From NCBI GenBank assembly GCA_038087875.1, contig CM075989.1:8000001-8064000 (forward strand): a stretch of DNA of 64,000 bases, written 5' to 3'. Of this stretch, positions 35,521 through 47,710 are shown piece by piece; within the stretch, counting starts at the first letter, position 1, and every line of letters starts with the position of its first letter. Under the pieces are notes generated by a model that saw only the letters and a list, made by a program, of their open reading frames with translations, was not told the origin of the DNA and did not search any database. Made by a program: the position numbers and the translations under genes. This DNA comes from Malacoraja senta. Its lineage: Eukaryota.

Positions 35521-35682
35521 TGAAAGAGAGGGAGTGAGAGAGCGAGAGAGACGAGATGGGGAGCGAGAGAGAGAGAGGGAGGGAGAGAGCGAAAGACAGA
35601 GAGACACAGCGAGAGAGGGAGAGAGAACGAGGGATGGAGGGAGAGAGGGGAGAGAGAAGAGAGAGAAAGAGAGAGCGAGAGA
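35521..35682 (+). repeat. GA-rich low-complexity tract
   Basis: Seen directly. Confidence 0.85.
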
Positions 35683-38600
35683 ATAATAAAATAACGTGGG
35701 CGAATGACTTTACCTGCACACCAGGAAGAAGCCCAAGCTCGCGGTCCGGAGCCCTCAATGACAGTGAGATTTAAGAAATTCTCCCGTGAATTTTATTCAA
35801 AGGAACGCGGCGTCATAAATACTTGGTCAAAACACAATTACATTTACTGAGGAATGTGGATCGATGTATTGTAGGTATGTTACAAAACTTACCTTCAGTT
35901 CTGCCACTGCGCGTGACTTTGGCGCCTTTGAGAGAGGGGCGGGTTTAAAATGCCTTGTTTCTCAAATCGATGTCTGTCAGGTAAATTAACTGCTAAAGAA
36001 TAATCGCTTCAACTGCCGTTTTATTAAGTTGCTTTTAAACTGCACTGGATATTTTACGAATAGGAGTAAATTAAAAATAATCTTCTAAAGCCGTCAACGG
36101 GGACGGATTTCACGCACGGGGCAGGTAAAAGAAAGCCGTTTATTTTATATATAAATTTGCTTCTAAGGATGCCTTTAATCAAAATTTTACGTTGCGAAAA
36201 TGTGATTATGTAAATATACGAACCGGCAGTATTTTTCTGCCGATATGGGGTTTAAATTCACCGCAAATGCAACGTTCCAAACCAGCGCGTTCCACAAAAA
36301 CCCACTCGCAAGATGATTAAAATGTCCATTAATTTACAGGAATTAAACACTAAATTCCGTCCATTTGGCCTATAAATTAATGACAATGAGATTTAAAAAG
36401 CATGTTATATTGTGAATGTTATTTGAACACTTAGGCTATTTAAAAATATTAAAATTTTCTTAAGAAATGGATAGATGTTTAGATCTAGTAATTGAATTCT
36501 GTAATTAGCTACAATTGGGTAACTAACTAATTTTACTTCGGAGTCACGTGAGTGACTACGTGAAGAACCCGCTCAGTGCGCAGGCGCGGCATTACTTACC
36601 CAACGGACCGTTGGGTAAGTATACTGAACTAGTATAACGGAGAAGGAGAGTGTGGGTGTTCTTAGAAAATGAGTACACTGAAGAAAAGACTCTCCAAAAG
36701 AACTGCCCCCAGCTCAACTCCACCAGAGGAGCGTTCAATCTCAGGGGGGCAGCAACAGGCGGCAGGAACGCTCATAGAGCGCTCCGCTATCCCCGAGACC
36801 GAGCCAAGCCCAGTCCCGCTAATGCCTGAACAGCGGACAGGGAGTAAATCCATTAGGAAAAATTTCCGATTCGTCGGATGGGGACATGTCTCCACCTAAA
36901 CGGAGGAGAGACAGCCGCCAGAGCTTACAACAGCTCTTGGAGCAGATGCTCCAGCGGGATACGCAGAAAGAGCGTTCTCGCGGAGGTAGGTCAGGCACCT
37001 CCTCCACAGTGTCTTGTGCACTGCCCTCTGCTCCCTTATTACTGGAGGCTAGCATTGGTGACCAGGGTTGGGCTGGTCTGGAACAGGGGCTGGAAGACCG
37101 CTGGAACCAAAAATGGCAGCCAGCATCAATCATCTTTCCAATAAGCCCTTGCAGGAGAACTGTGTGGCCCTCAGAGTGAAGACTGTGAACAGCCAGATCT
37201 GGGGGCACGTGGGGTCAAACATTCGTAACCATGAACTAAAGCTACAGCGGATCCTAAGGCTCCTGACGTCGGCCATTACAGCCTTTGCTCGTTCTCTGGA
37301 AAAGCACGGAGATGGATACCTGCCAGCAGGATTTGCTGGCACTGATGTGCAACACACAATTTGAGATCAATAATCTCTGGCGGGAAAACATAAGACCTGC
37401 CCTCAATCCCAAATTTGCTGGGTTGTGCAGAGCCCCAGCTGCAGAGACGGACGCTCTGTTATTTGGGAAAGACCTCAACAAAAAACTGAGGGACTTGGAG
37501 GAAGCAGCGAAAACTTTCGGCCTCATGAGTGCAGGCCCTGGTACGAGCAAACCAAGAGCTACAATACCCTAGCGGCAGCACCCCATGGCATCCACCAGTC
37601 GACGTCCTCAATATGGGACTCGTGAAAGCTCGGGGACCGCATTTTATCCCCAAAGATCTTTTTTAGATCAGGGCCCACAGCGGACCCCATGGAAAATGCG
37701 CCACCCCCCAACATCGCCAGCACGTCAGACAAGCAAAGCCTACAAAAACATCAGGAAACAAAAGAAACACCAATAACCATGGAGGTAGGTGGGTCTGGTT
37801 CCTGCCAGCATATAGAGAATAAGGGTGCTTTACTAACAGGGGGGAGATGACACTGGTTTAAAGAAGCATGGGTTACTGTCACGTGTGACAAGTATATACT
37901 CAACAGCATTAGTGGAGGGGTCATCCAAAAGACCAAACATGAACCTTTGGAATTTGTATCAAATATATTCACTAAAACCAAAAAAGATGGTGGATGTCGC
38001 ATCATCATTGACTTAACATCACTAAATAAGTTTGTTGAGTATATACATTTCAAAATGGAGACATTTGTTACTGCCAAACAACTGATTTCCAAAGGATACT
38101 TCATGGCAAGCATTGATCTTAAAGATGCTTACTATCTAATACCCATACACAAGGATCATTGCAGATACCTAAAATGTATCTGGTTGGGGCAGCTGAGACA
38201 GTACAAAGCATTGCCCAATGGGCTAACTTCAGCCCCAAGATTATTCATCAAAATATTGAAAATAGCCATGGCAAGACTAAGAAAACAAAAACATATTGTC
38301 ATGGCATACCTGGATGATATTCAGATAGTAGGGAAAACGATGGAATTGGCTGTGGCAGCAGTATCAGCTACAAAACAGCTCCTCGAAATTCTGGGGTTCG
38401 TCCTACATCCAGATAAATCTAAGTTGAAGCCATCCACTATCATGGACTACCTGGGCTTCACAATTAACTCAGTCCATATGACTGTTACCTTGCCAAAGGG
38501 AAAAAAAAATAAATGGTTGCATTAGCACAATCATGCAACAATTTAATGGTCAACAAACGACCAACTATTCGACAAGTACCAAGAGTGATTGGGAAAATGG

Positions 38601-40467
38601 TAGCAGCATTTCCAGCTACACAATTCGGACCTTTGCACTATCAAAATTTACAAACAGCAAAGGTACAGGCACTAAAACGACATACAGGTCACGATGTTCG
38701 TGTCATGTAATTACCCACTGAAGCAATATCAGCTACAGTGGTGGGCAGAAAATGTTTGGCATAGTTTCAGCTCTATCATCATCACTAACCCTACTTTAGT
38801 TCTTAAAACAGATGCCAGTGCTCAAGGCTGGGGAGCAACTAACTCCATATCCAGCACAGGTGGTAGATGGACTAACCTAGAGTCATCATTACTACTGACA
38901 CTGGGCATTAACTATCTAGAGATGTTGGGCGCCTTTTATGGGTTAAAAGCATATGTATCTAATATGCAGCACTTGCATGTTCGGTTACAGATTGATAATA
39001 CTACGGTGGTGGCTTATATTAACCATATGGGCGGCATAAAATCATTATCATGCGACAAATTGGTCAACGTGATTTGGCTATGGTGTGTCGAAAGACATAT
39101 TTGGCTATCAGCTACTTATCTACCAGGTAAGCTAAACACAGTGGCAGACACCAGGTCACGCAAATTCAATGATAACATCGAATGGATGTTAAACCCTAAA
39201 GTATTTGCTAAAGTTATTAAGCAGTATGGAACGCCAGATATCGATGTATTTGCATCAAGACGAAATCACCAGTTACCTATGTATGTCGCTTGGGAACCAG
39301 ACCCAGAGGCACCAGCGGTAGATGCCTTCACACTGGATTGGGGAAATGTCTTCTATGCTTTCCCTCCCTTCTGCCTCATCAGTCGGGTACTTCGCAAAAT
39401 ACAGATGGACTCTGCTTCAGGAATTTTGATGGTGCCCGACTGGCCTACACAGCCATGGTTCCCGGTTCTACATGACGTGGTGGTTGAGTCACCAATGGTC
39501 TTTCCCAGTGATCCAGGATTATTAACTCACCCAGTATCAGGCATAAGCCACCTATGCCATGAGAAAATTAAACTCCTGGGTTGCAGGTTTTGAATAGACC
39601 TTACCTGGAACTGGGATTGTCCGAACGAACCATCACCACCATGTCGGCATCCCTTTGAACATCCACCAAGAGGCAGTACTTAATCAGCATAAGAAAATGG
39701 GAGAAGAACTGCCAGGAAACAGGGACAACGTATGCAACAGCCACAGCCACCAACGTACTGGAATTCCTGGCCCATCTACACCATGATGAAGGGATCAGTT
39801 ACAGTGCCATCAACACAGCGCGAAGTGCTCTTTCTGCTTATCTCAAACCAGCAGGACAACAGGCAATGGGATCCCATCCACTGGCGGTAAAACTGATGAA
39901 GGGCATTTATAATATCAAGCCCCTAAAACCAGGTATACCCATATTTGGGATATCAGTGTGGTCCTGACATACCTCAGGGAATGGCCACCAGCCAGATCCC
40001 TCAGCCTCGAGCAATCTACACTAAAGACGCTCATGTTGATGGCACTCGTATCCGCTCAGAGGGTCCAGTCACTACACAAGTTAAGGCTGGACAACATGGT
40101 GACCACCCCAGATCAGATCACATTCATCATACAGGGTCTGGTGAAGCAAAGCAGGCCAGGAACAGCTAATCCACTGGTGGTATTCCGGGCCTACCCACCA
40201 GAGCCACGGTTGTGTGTCGTGACCCATCTACAACATTACATAGACACAACCCACAATATCAGAGGGAGTGAAAAAGCCTTATGGGTCAGCCACAAGTAAC
40301 CTCATGGCCGGGTAACGAGCCAAACCATTTCAAGATGGCTCAAACAGGTACTGAAGGCTGCTGGAATAGATACTAATACATTTAAATCTCATTCCACTAG
40401 GGCAGCATCTACATCAACGGCCGACAGAATGGACGTACCAGTTGACCAAATTCTGAATACAGCAGGA

Positions 40468-43400
40468 TACATAAATACATAGATACCTAGAAAATAGGTG
40501 CAGGAGTAGGACATTCAGCCCTTCGAGCCTGCACCGCCATTCAATATGATCATGGCTGATCATCCAACTCAGTATCCCGTACCTGCCTTCTCTCCATACC
40601 CCCTGATCCCTTTAGCCACAAGGGCCACATCTAACTCCCTCTTAAATATAGCCAATGAACTGGCGTCAACTACCCTCTGTGGCAGAGAGTTCCAGAGATT
40701 CACCACTCTCTGTGTGAAAAAGTTTTTCCTCATCTCGGTCTTAAAGGATTTCCCCCTTATCCTTAAGCTGTGACCCCTTGTCCTGGACTTCCCCAACATC
40801 GGGAACAATCTTCCTGCATCTAGCCTGTCCAACCCCATAAGAATTTTGTATGTTTCTATAAGATCCCCTCTCAATCTCCTAAATTCTAGCGAGTATAAGC
40901 CAAGTCTATCCAGTCTTTCTTCATATGAAAGTCCTGACATCCCAGGAATCAGTCTGGTGAACCTTCTCTGCACTCCCTCTATGGCTATAATGTCCTTCCT
41001 CAGATTTGGAGACCAAAACTGTACGCAATACTCCAGGTGTGGTCTCACCAAGACCCTGTACAACTGCAGTAGAACCTCCCTGCTCCTATACTCAAATCCT
41101 CTTGCTATGAAGGCCAACATACCATTCGCTTTCTTCACTGCCTGCTGCACCTGCATGCCTACTTTCAATGACTGGTGTACCATGACACCCAGGTCTCGCT
41201 GCACCTCCCCATTTCCTAATCGGCCACCATTTAGATAATAGTCTGCCTTCCCGTTTTTGCCACCAAAGTGGATAACCTCATACTTATCCACATTATACTG
41301 CATCTGCCAAACATTTGCCCACTCACCCAGCCTATCCAAGTCACCTTGCAGTCTCCTAGCATCCTCCTCACAGCTAACACTGCCCCCCAGCTTAGTGTCA
41401 TCCGCAAACTTGGAGATGTTGCTTTCAATTCCCTCGTCCAGATCATTAATATAAATTGTAAATAGCTGGGGTCCCAGCACTGAGCCTTGCGGTACCCCAC
41501 TAGTCACTGCCTGCCATTGTGAAAAGGACCCGTTTACTCCTACTCTTTGCTTCCTGTTTGCCAGCCAGTTCTCTATCCACATCAATACTGAACCCCCAAT
41601 ACCGTGTGATTTAAGTTTGTATCCTAATCTCTTATGTGGTACCTTGTCGAAAGCCTTCTGAAAGTCCAGATACAACACATCCACTGGTTCTCCCCTATCC
41701 ACTCTACTAGTTACATCCTCGAAAAATTCTATAAGATTCGTCAGACACGATTTACCTTTCGTAAATCCATGCTGACTTTGTCCAATGATTTCACCACTTT
41801 CCAAATGTGCTGCTATCCCATCTTTAATAACTGACTCTAGCAGTTTCCCCACTACCGATGTTAGACTAACTGGTCTGTAATTCCCCGTTTTCTCTCTCCC
41901 TCCCTTCTTAAAAAGTGGGGTTACGTTTGCTACCCTCCAATCCTCAGGAACTACTCCAGAATCTAAAGAATTTTGAAAAATTATCACTAATGCATCCACT
42001 ATTTCTGGAGCTACTTCCTTAAGTACTCTGGGATGCAGCCTATCTGGCCCTGGTGATTTATCGGCCTTTAATCCATTCAATTTACCCAACACCACTTCCC
42101 GACTAACCTGGATTTCACTCAGTTCCTCCATCTCCTTTGACCCGCGGCCCCCTGCTATTTCCGGCAGATTATTTATGTCTTCCTTAGTGAAGACGGAACC
42201 AAAGTAGTTATTCAATTGGTCCGCCATATCCTTGTTCCCCATGATCAATTCACCTGTTTCTGACTGCAAGGGACCTACATTTGTTTTAACTAATCTCTTT
42301 CTCTTCACATATCTATAAAAACTTTTGCAGTCAGTTTTTATGTTCCCTGCCAGTTTCCTTTCATAATCTATTTTCCCTTTCCTAATTAAGCCCTTTGTCC
42401 TCCTCTGCTGGTCTCTGAATTTCTCCCAGTCCTCTGGTATGCTGCTTTTTCTGGCTAATTTGTACGCAACATCTTTTGCTTTGATACTATCCCTGATTTC
42501 CCTTGTTATCCACGGATGCACTACCTTCCCTGATTTATTCTTTTGCCAAACTGGGATGAACATTTTTTGTAGTTCATCCATGCAGTCTTTAAATGCCTTC
42601 CATTGCATATCCACCGTCAACCCTTTTAGAACTAATTGCCAGTCAATCTTGGCCAATTCACGTCTCATATCCTCAAAGTTACCTTTCTTTAAGTTCAGAA
42701 CCGTTGTTTCTGAATTAACAATGTCACTCTCCATCCTAATGAAGAACTCAACCATATTATGGTCACTCTTGCCCAAGGGGGCACGCACAACAAGTCTGCT
42801 AACTAACCCTTCCTCATTACTCAATACCCAGTCTAGAATAGCCTGCTCTCTCGTTGGTTCCTCTACATGTTGGTTTAGATAACTATCCCTCATACATTCC
42901 AAGAAATCCTCTTCCTCAGCACCCCTGCCAATTTGATTCACCCAATCTATATGTAGATTGAAGTCACCCATTATAACTGTTTTGCCTTTGTTGCACGCAT
43001 TACTAATTTCCTGTTTGATGCCATCCCCAACTTCACTACTACTGCTGGGTGGCCTGTACACAACACCCACCAGCGTTTTCTGCCCCTTAGTATTTCGTAG
43101 CTCTACCCATACCGATTCCACATCCTCCAAGCTAATGTCCTTCCTTTCCACTGCGTTAATCTCCTCTCTAACCAGCAATGCTACCCCACCTCCTTTTCCT
43201 TTCTCTCTATCCCTCCTGAATGTTGAATATCCCTGGATGTTCAGCTCCCAGCCTTGGTCACCCTGGAGCCATGTCTCCGTGATCCCAACTATATCATAAT
43301 CATTAATTGCTATCTGCACGTTCAACTCATCGACCTTATTACGAATGCTCCTTGCATTGAGACACAAAGCCTTCAGGCTTGTTTTTACAACGCTCTTACC

Positions 43401-43679
43401 CCTTATACAATTATGTTGGAAAGTGGCTCTTTTTGATTTTTTCCCTGGATTTGTCTGCCTGCCACTTTTACTTTTCACCTTGCTACCTATTGCTTCCGCC
43501 CGCATTTTGCACCCCTCTGTTTCTCTGCTCACCCATTTAAGAACCCCACCACCTCTTATTCTCTGTTTATTATTGTTTTCTTCTTTCCCCCCTACATGTT
43601 GGGTCTGAGTGCTTTCCTTCTCTGCCTCCTGCCTCACACACTGTCTAATAGCATTCTCTATTTGAGTCCCTCCCCCCAA
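40468..43679 (-). mobile_element. Young CR1 LINE, 5'-truncated, inserted in the DIRS YR gene
   Basis: CR1 3'UTR and microsatellite tail at 40468-40568, followed by an uninterrupted ORF. Confidence 0.92.
40569..43679 (-). CDS. CR1 ORF2: APE endonuclease + reverse transcriptase (1036 open codons)
   Basis: NARS, ITETW, YRPP, MGDFN and SDH (APE); [24 protein letters not shown] and FADD (RT). No stops or frameshifts. Confidence 0.85.
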   Translation of the reverse strand: MGGGTQIENAIRQCVRQEAEKESTQTQHVGGKEENNNKQRIRGGGVLKWVSRETEGCKMRAEAIGSKVKSKSGRQTNPGKKSKRATFQHNCIRGKSVVKTSLKALCLNARSIRNKVDELNVQIAINDYDIVGITETWLQGDQGWELNIQGYSTFRRDREKGKGGGVALLVREEINAVERKDISLEDVESVWVELRNTKGQKTLVGVVYRPPSSSSEVGDGIKQEISNACNKGKTVIMGDFNLHIDWVNQIGRGAEEEDFLECMRDSYLNQHVEEPTREQAILDWVLSNEEGLVSRLVVRAPLGKSDHNMVEFFIRMESDIVNSETTVLNLKKGNFEDMRRELAKIDWQLVLKGLTVDMQWKAFKDCMDELQKMFIPVWQKNKSGKVVHPWITREIRDSIKAKDVAYKLARKSSIPEDWEKFRDQQRRTKGLIRKGKIDYERKLAGNIKTDCKSFYRYVKRKRLVKTNVGPLQSETGELIMGNKDMADQLNNYFGSVFTKEDINNLPEIAGGRGSKEMEELSEIQVSREVVLGKLNGLKADKSPGPDRLHPRVLKEVAPEIVDALVIIFQNSLDSGVVPEDWRVANVTPLFKKGGREKTGNYRPVSLTSVVGKLLESVIKDGIAAHLESGEIIGQSQHGFTKGKSCLTNLIEFFEDVTSRVDRGEPVDVLYLDFQKAFDKVPHKRLGYKLKSHGIGGSVLMWIENWLANRKQRVGVNGSFSQWQAVTSGVPQGSVLGPQLFTIYINDLDEGIESNISKFADDTKLGGSVSCEEDARRLQGDLDRLGEWANVWQMQYNVDKYEVIHFGGKNGKADYYLNGGRLGNGEVQRDLGVMVHQSLKVGMQVQQAVKKANGMLAFIARGFEYRSREVLLQLYRVLVRPHLEYCVQFWSPNLRKDIIAIEGVQRRFTRLIPGMSGLSYEERLDRLGLYSLEFRRLRGDLIETYKILMGLDRLDAGRLFPMLGKSRTRGHSLRIRGKSFKTEMRKNFFTQRVVNLWNSLPQRVVDASSLAIFKRELDVALVAKGIRGYGEKAGTGY

Positions 43680-44624
43680 TCGAGGGAAACGACATTCAGA
43701 ACTTTTTATAATAAGCCGTTGATGAAACCTGATTTATTTGCAGAGAAAATATTACAAGCTGCAAATATTTAATTTAAGCCCGGGATTTTATGAGGAGTTA
43801 CGATGAGGGATTACGTGCCCTCCGCTCCCACCCTCATTATATGGATCAAACTAATAAATTGATGTCTCCTTTTCTTTACTATGTTTACTTCAAATACCTG
43901 TGTCTATCTGTGATTCCACACCGCTGCTTGGAAGTATGCCGCGCCTGCGCACTGAGCGGGTTCTTCACGTAATCCCTCATCGTAACTCCTCATAAAATAC
44001 AGATCAAACTTCAAACTGGTAAGTTCTCGTTTAATCTTACTATTATATGCTTTAATTTCAGGTCATCCAAGTAAGATTGTTTCATATCTGTTTCAGAATG
44101 CTTCAATCTATAATAACTGAAAATTTCATTCAGTTCTCTTAATTTTTAAGAAACTTATGGGCTTTTGACTGTCCTTGATCACAGCTTTTGAGTCAAGTCA
44201 ATGGAAAAGTAATAGGGAACAAGATGCTAATTTCAGTATGAAAATGGCCATAACTTTTTTAATACTGAAGATATGAAAGTGAATTAGATGTCAAATTAAA
44301 CTTATTTTTATGCTTTATCTGATGGGATAAATTGCAGTTGATTTTTAAAATCTCAAAATATTGTAACATTGCTATGTATTGATGACACATTGTATAACTA
44401 TGTGTTAACTACTGGCTGTTAACAAGTCATGGCCGGTGCAGCGGTGTCTCGTTGTAATGGTTATCCATCGTCCTTTAAAAATAAATCTGTATTTAACAAC
44501 TCTAACTCCGTTCCAGTAAAGAAATTGGACATAAACTGGATACTGAAAGGTAGGGCAATGCCGTCCCCCAGCGTACCCCCCCATTTCCATCACTGATAGC
44601 AGGTAATCGGTAGCAAAGGGGATT

Positions 44625-45145
44625 TTATGATACGATACAATATAATTTATCCCAGAGGGAAATTGGTCTGCCAACAGTCATAAAACACAAAGATACATGA
44701 AACATGAAACTAAAGTGACGAGTGGAAAGTCCAGGATTGGGGATGTGCAAAGATTGGGTTGAAGGGAGGGGGGTAGGGAGGGAGGGGGAAGGGGGGGTCA
44801 GTCTATCCCATGACAGAAAGGGGAGGAGTTGTACAGTTTGATGGTCACAGGGAAAAAGAACCTCCTGTGGCATTCTGTGTTGCATCTTGGTGGAACCCGT
44901 CTGTTGCTGAAGGTGCTCCTCAGGTTGACCAGTGTGTCATGGAGGGGGGTGAATTGTATTGTCCGAGCTCCGCAGTTCGAGGAGCATCCTTCCCTCCAAG
45001 ACCACCTCCAGTGAATCCAACTCCACCCCCAGGACGGAGCCAGCCTTCCTGATGAGCTTGTTAAATCTGTTGCCGTCCGCTGCCTTCGCCCTGCTGCCCC
45101 AGCACACGTCGGGGAAGATGATGGCACTGACCACCATCGATTGGC
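44625..45145 (-). mobile_element. Rex1/Babar-like LINE 3' fragment
   Basis: NKLIRKAGSVLG, PLHDTLVNLRSTFSNR and FFPVTIKLYN; a second copy lies at 59205-59685 (+). Confidence 0.7.
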
Positions 45146-45607
45146 AGATACTTGGAACAAAGGCCAAAGATAAAAGCAGATGGTGTGAGAATGGATTGAA
45201 GCGTTGTGAATTGTGAAGCCAGAGAAAGGAAATGAAAGCTACCATCTTCCAGTGTGAAAGTGCCAATGATAATGTAGCTCCAATAAATAATGCAGCACAA
45301 GAACGGCTCTAAAGTCACCTATCCATGTTCTCCAGAGATGCTGACTGCCCTGCTGAGTTACTCCAGCGCTGTGTCTATTTTGCACAGTTCTAGTCTCCTT
45401 TGTCGTACATTGATATTTCACAAGATGTACTCAATTCAATTTTAATTTGCCAGTTTGAGATTTTAACTATTAACCTCAAGTTACTTTCTCACTTTTGGCC
45501 AATAGACTTCCATGTACTGAGTAAAACGCAAAGAGCTGGAGTAATTTGCTCAGCAGGTCAGGCTGTAATTGTGGAGGGAGTGAGTAGGTGACGTTTCAGG
45601 TCAGGAT

Positions 45608-45910
45608 GGGCAGCACGGTGGTGCAGCGGTCAAGTTGCTGCCTTACAGCGCCAGAGGCCTGGGGTTCAATCCTGACTATGGTCGCTGTCTGTAAGGAGTT
45701 TGTATGTTCTCCCCGTGACCACGTGGGTTTTCTCCGGGTGCTCCCGTTTCCTCCCACATTCTGAAGACGTATAGGTTTGTAGGTTAATTGGCTTTGGTAA
45801 GATTGTTCCTAGTGTGTAGGATAGTGCTGGTGTACAGGGGGTCGCTGGTCGGCGCGGACACGGAGGGCTGAAGGGCCTATTTCTGCACTGGGTCTCTAAA
45901 CTAAACTAAA
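45608..45910 (+). mobile_element. HE1-like V-SINE
   Basis: Full head, V-domain and (ctaaa)n tail. Confidence 0.8.
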
Positions 45911-47710
45911 GCCTTCTTCATGACCAAAAATGTTGTTGGCCATTCCGTCCACAGATGCAGTCTGACCGGCTGAGTTCCCCTTGGACTTTGCATAGGTATT
46001 CCGTCATCTGTAGTTCCTTCCTTCTTCAAACTACCATATCCTTGCCAATTAACAATTAGATATTGGGCAATGATGGAGGGAAATCAGGGGGTGGAGATCC
46101 CTGGATTGAATTGAATTTCTTTATTTGTCATTCAAAAACAAGTTTGAATGAAATTTAGTTGCCATGCAGTCATAACAGTAAAAAAGCAACAGAACACACG
46201 ATTAAACACAATTTAACACAAACATCCATCACAGTGACTCGCATCCAGGCACCTCCTCACTGTGATGGAAAATTTAAAAAAAATAGCGGAGTCAGGGGAT
46301 ATGGGGAGAAGGCAGGAACGGGGGTACTGATTGGGGATGATCAGCCATGATCACATTGAATGGCGGTGCTGGCTCGAAGGGCCAAATGGCCTACTCCTGC
46401 ACCTATTGTCTATTGTCTATTGGAAGGTAAAAAAAGTCATCTCTTCCTTGCTTCCTTGATAGTACATTAGTTAAGAATTGAGATGGGAGCAAGTGAGATA
46501 TTGAAATTATTTAATGCGGTAGAGAGGGAGAGAGAATAAATTTACACTGATCATCCAAAAACAAGGAGACAAATTTAATAAAATTAAATCTATTATTCAA
46601 GAGTGAAATCTGACAGCATGTGTTTTTTTAAAGTACATTCCTCGAGACTGCAGATGCTAAGACCACAGATAAGGCTGATTAATAAATGGGAGTCCCAATG
46701 GATAAGCAGCAAAGATAAATAAGGAGCTGATCAGCTACGAAACTGGAATGGTCAAATTACCTCCTTCGCAATATAAAATCAAAATCTCAAGTGGCTGAAG
46801 TTTCTTTCCACGTGCTGAGAATCTCTGCTTTATATACACATTTAAAAAAATGATTTTTACTGGACAGAATAAGGCACAAAACATTTGCTGATGGGCCAGT
46901 GTAAAGTCTTAAACATGATCCTCATCTTCTCAATTCAATGCCTTTGATGAAAAGATCACTGATGTTTAACAATCCCGCAGGATATTGCCCCAAGTTTCCA
47001 AATGTGGGATGACAAGTTTAGTGACACAGTTAACACAATTAAGCTGATATTGGAAGTGGATGCGTCTCCACTCTGCACCATATAGTAGAATGTTTTACTG
47101 AAGGGGATCATTGAGCAGAGTGATTACATGTTCCACGCAGTGTGGTTGATACCGTCTACCAGTGGATAAGGTACATAAAATCATGAGGGGTGTATATGGA
47201 GTGAATGTACAGTCTTTTACCCAGAGTAGGGGAATCAACAACCAGAGGACATTGGTTAGAGGTGAGAGGGAAAAGATGAAAAAATATGAGGGCAACTTTT
47301 TCACACAGAGGTCAGTGGGTAAATGGAACAAGTTGCCAGAGGAGATAGATGTATACCAACTTAGAAAGGTATATGGATAGGGAAGGTTTGGAGGGATAGG
47401 GACCGAACGTGGCTATGTAGAACGAGCACAGACGAGGCATCTTGGTCAGCAAATTGGGCTAAAGGGCCTGTTTCCATACTGTATGACTCAAGGGAAGGGC
47501 TATGGAAAGTAGATAATCTATTTTGAAATATTGGGACATGCAACGCATTCCAATCCTGGGATGTTTAAATCTAATTGATTCGCATTGCTAATGCACTTCT
47601 CACAACCTCAGTGTATGCAAAGGAACATTATAAACACATTATTTTGTGGAAGGAAATATCCCCTGCATCTTCTGAACCACCTATTGTCAACCTGCTACCT
47701 TCAGGGATCT

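Larger units (their letters stand above)
36530..44044 (+). mobile_element. DIRS1-type tyrosine-recombinase retrotransposon (decayed)
   Basis: RT (IDLKDAY, YLDD; 37947-38525), RNase H and methyltransferase-like domain (TDAS..GWG, INYLE, DN, YAFPPF; 38694-39593), YR (SAQRVQ, HSTRAAS, ...TFYNKP). 36-bp inverted termini at 36557-36592 and 43936-43971; internal complementary region 43785-43817; ATT at both junctions. Confidence 0.9.
35872..44374. mobile_element. Non-autonomous DNA transposon (~1 kb of its own sequence) split by a DIRS insertion
   Basis: Imperfect TIRs TAGGTATGTTACAA / TTGTAACATTGCTA; 7-bp TSD TGTATTG at 35865-35871 and 44375-44381. Confidence 0.7.

Noticed and set aside
35492..35774. 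Arg/Glu-rich ORFs (also 63596-63963)
   Set aside because: Translations of GA microsatellites.
40846..43608. Plus-strand ORFs within the CR1
   Set aside because: Antisense shadow ORFs of the CR1 ORF2.
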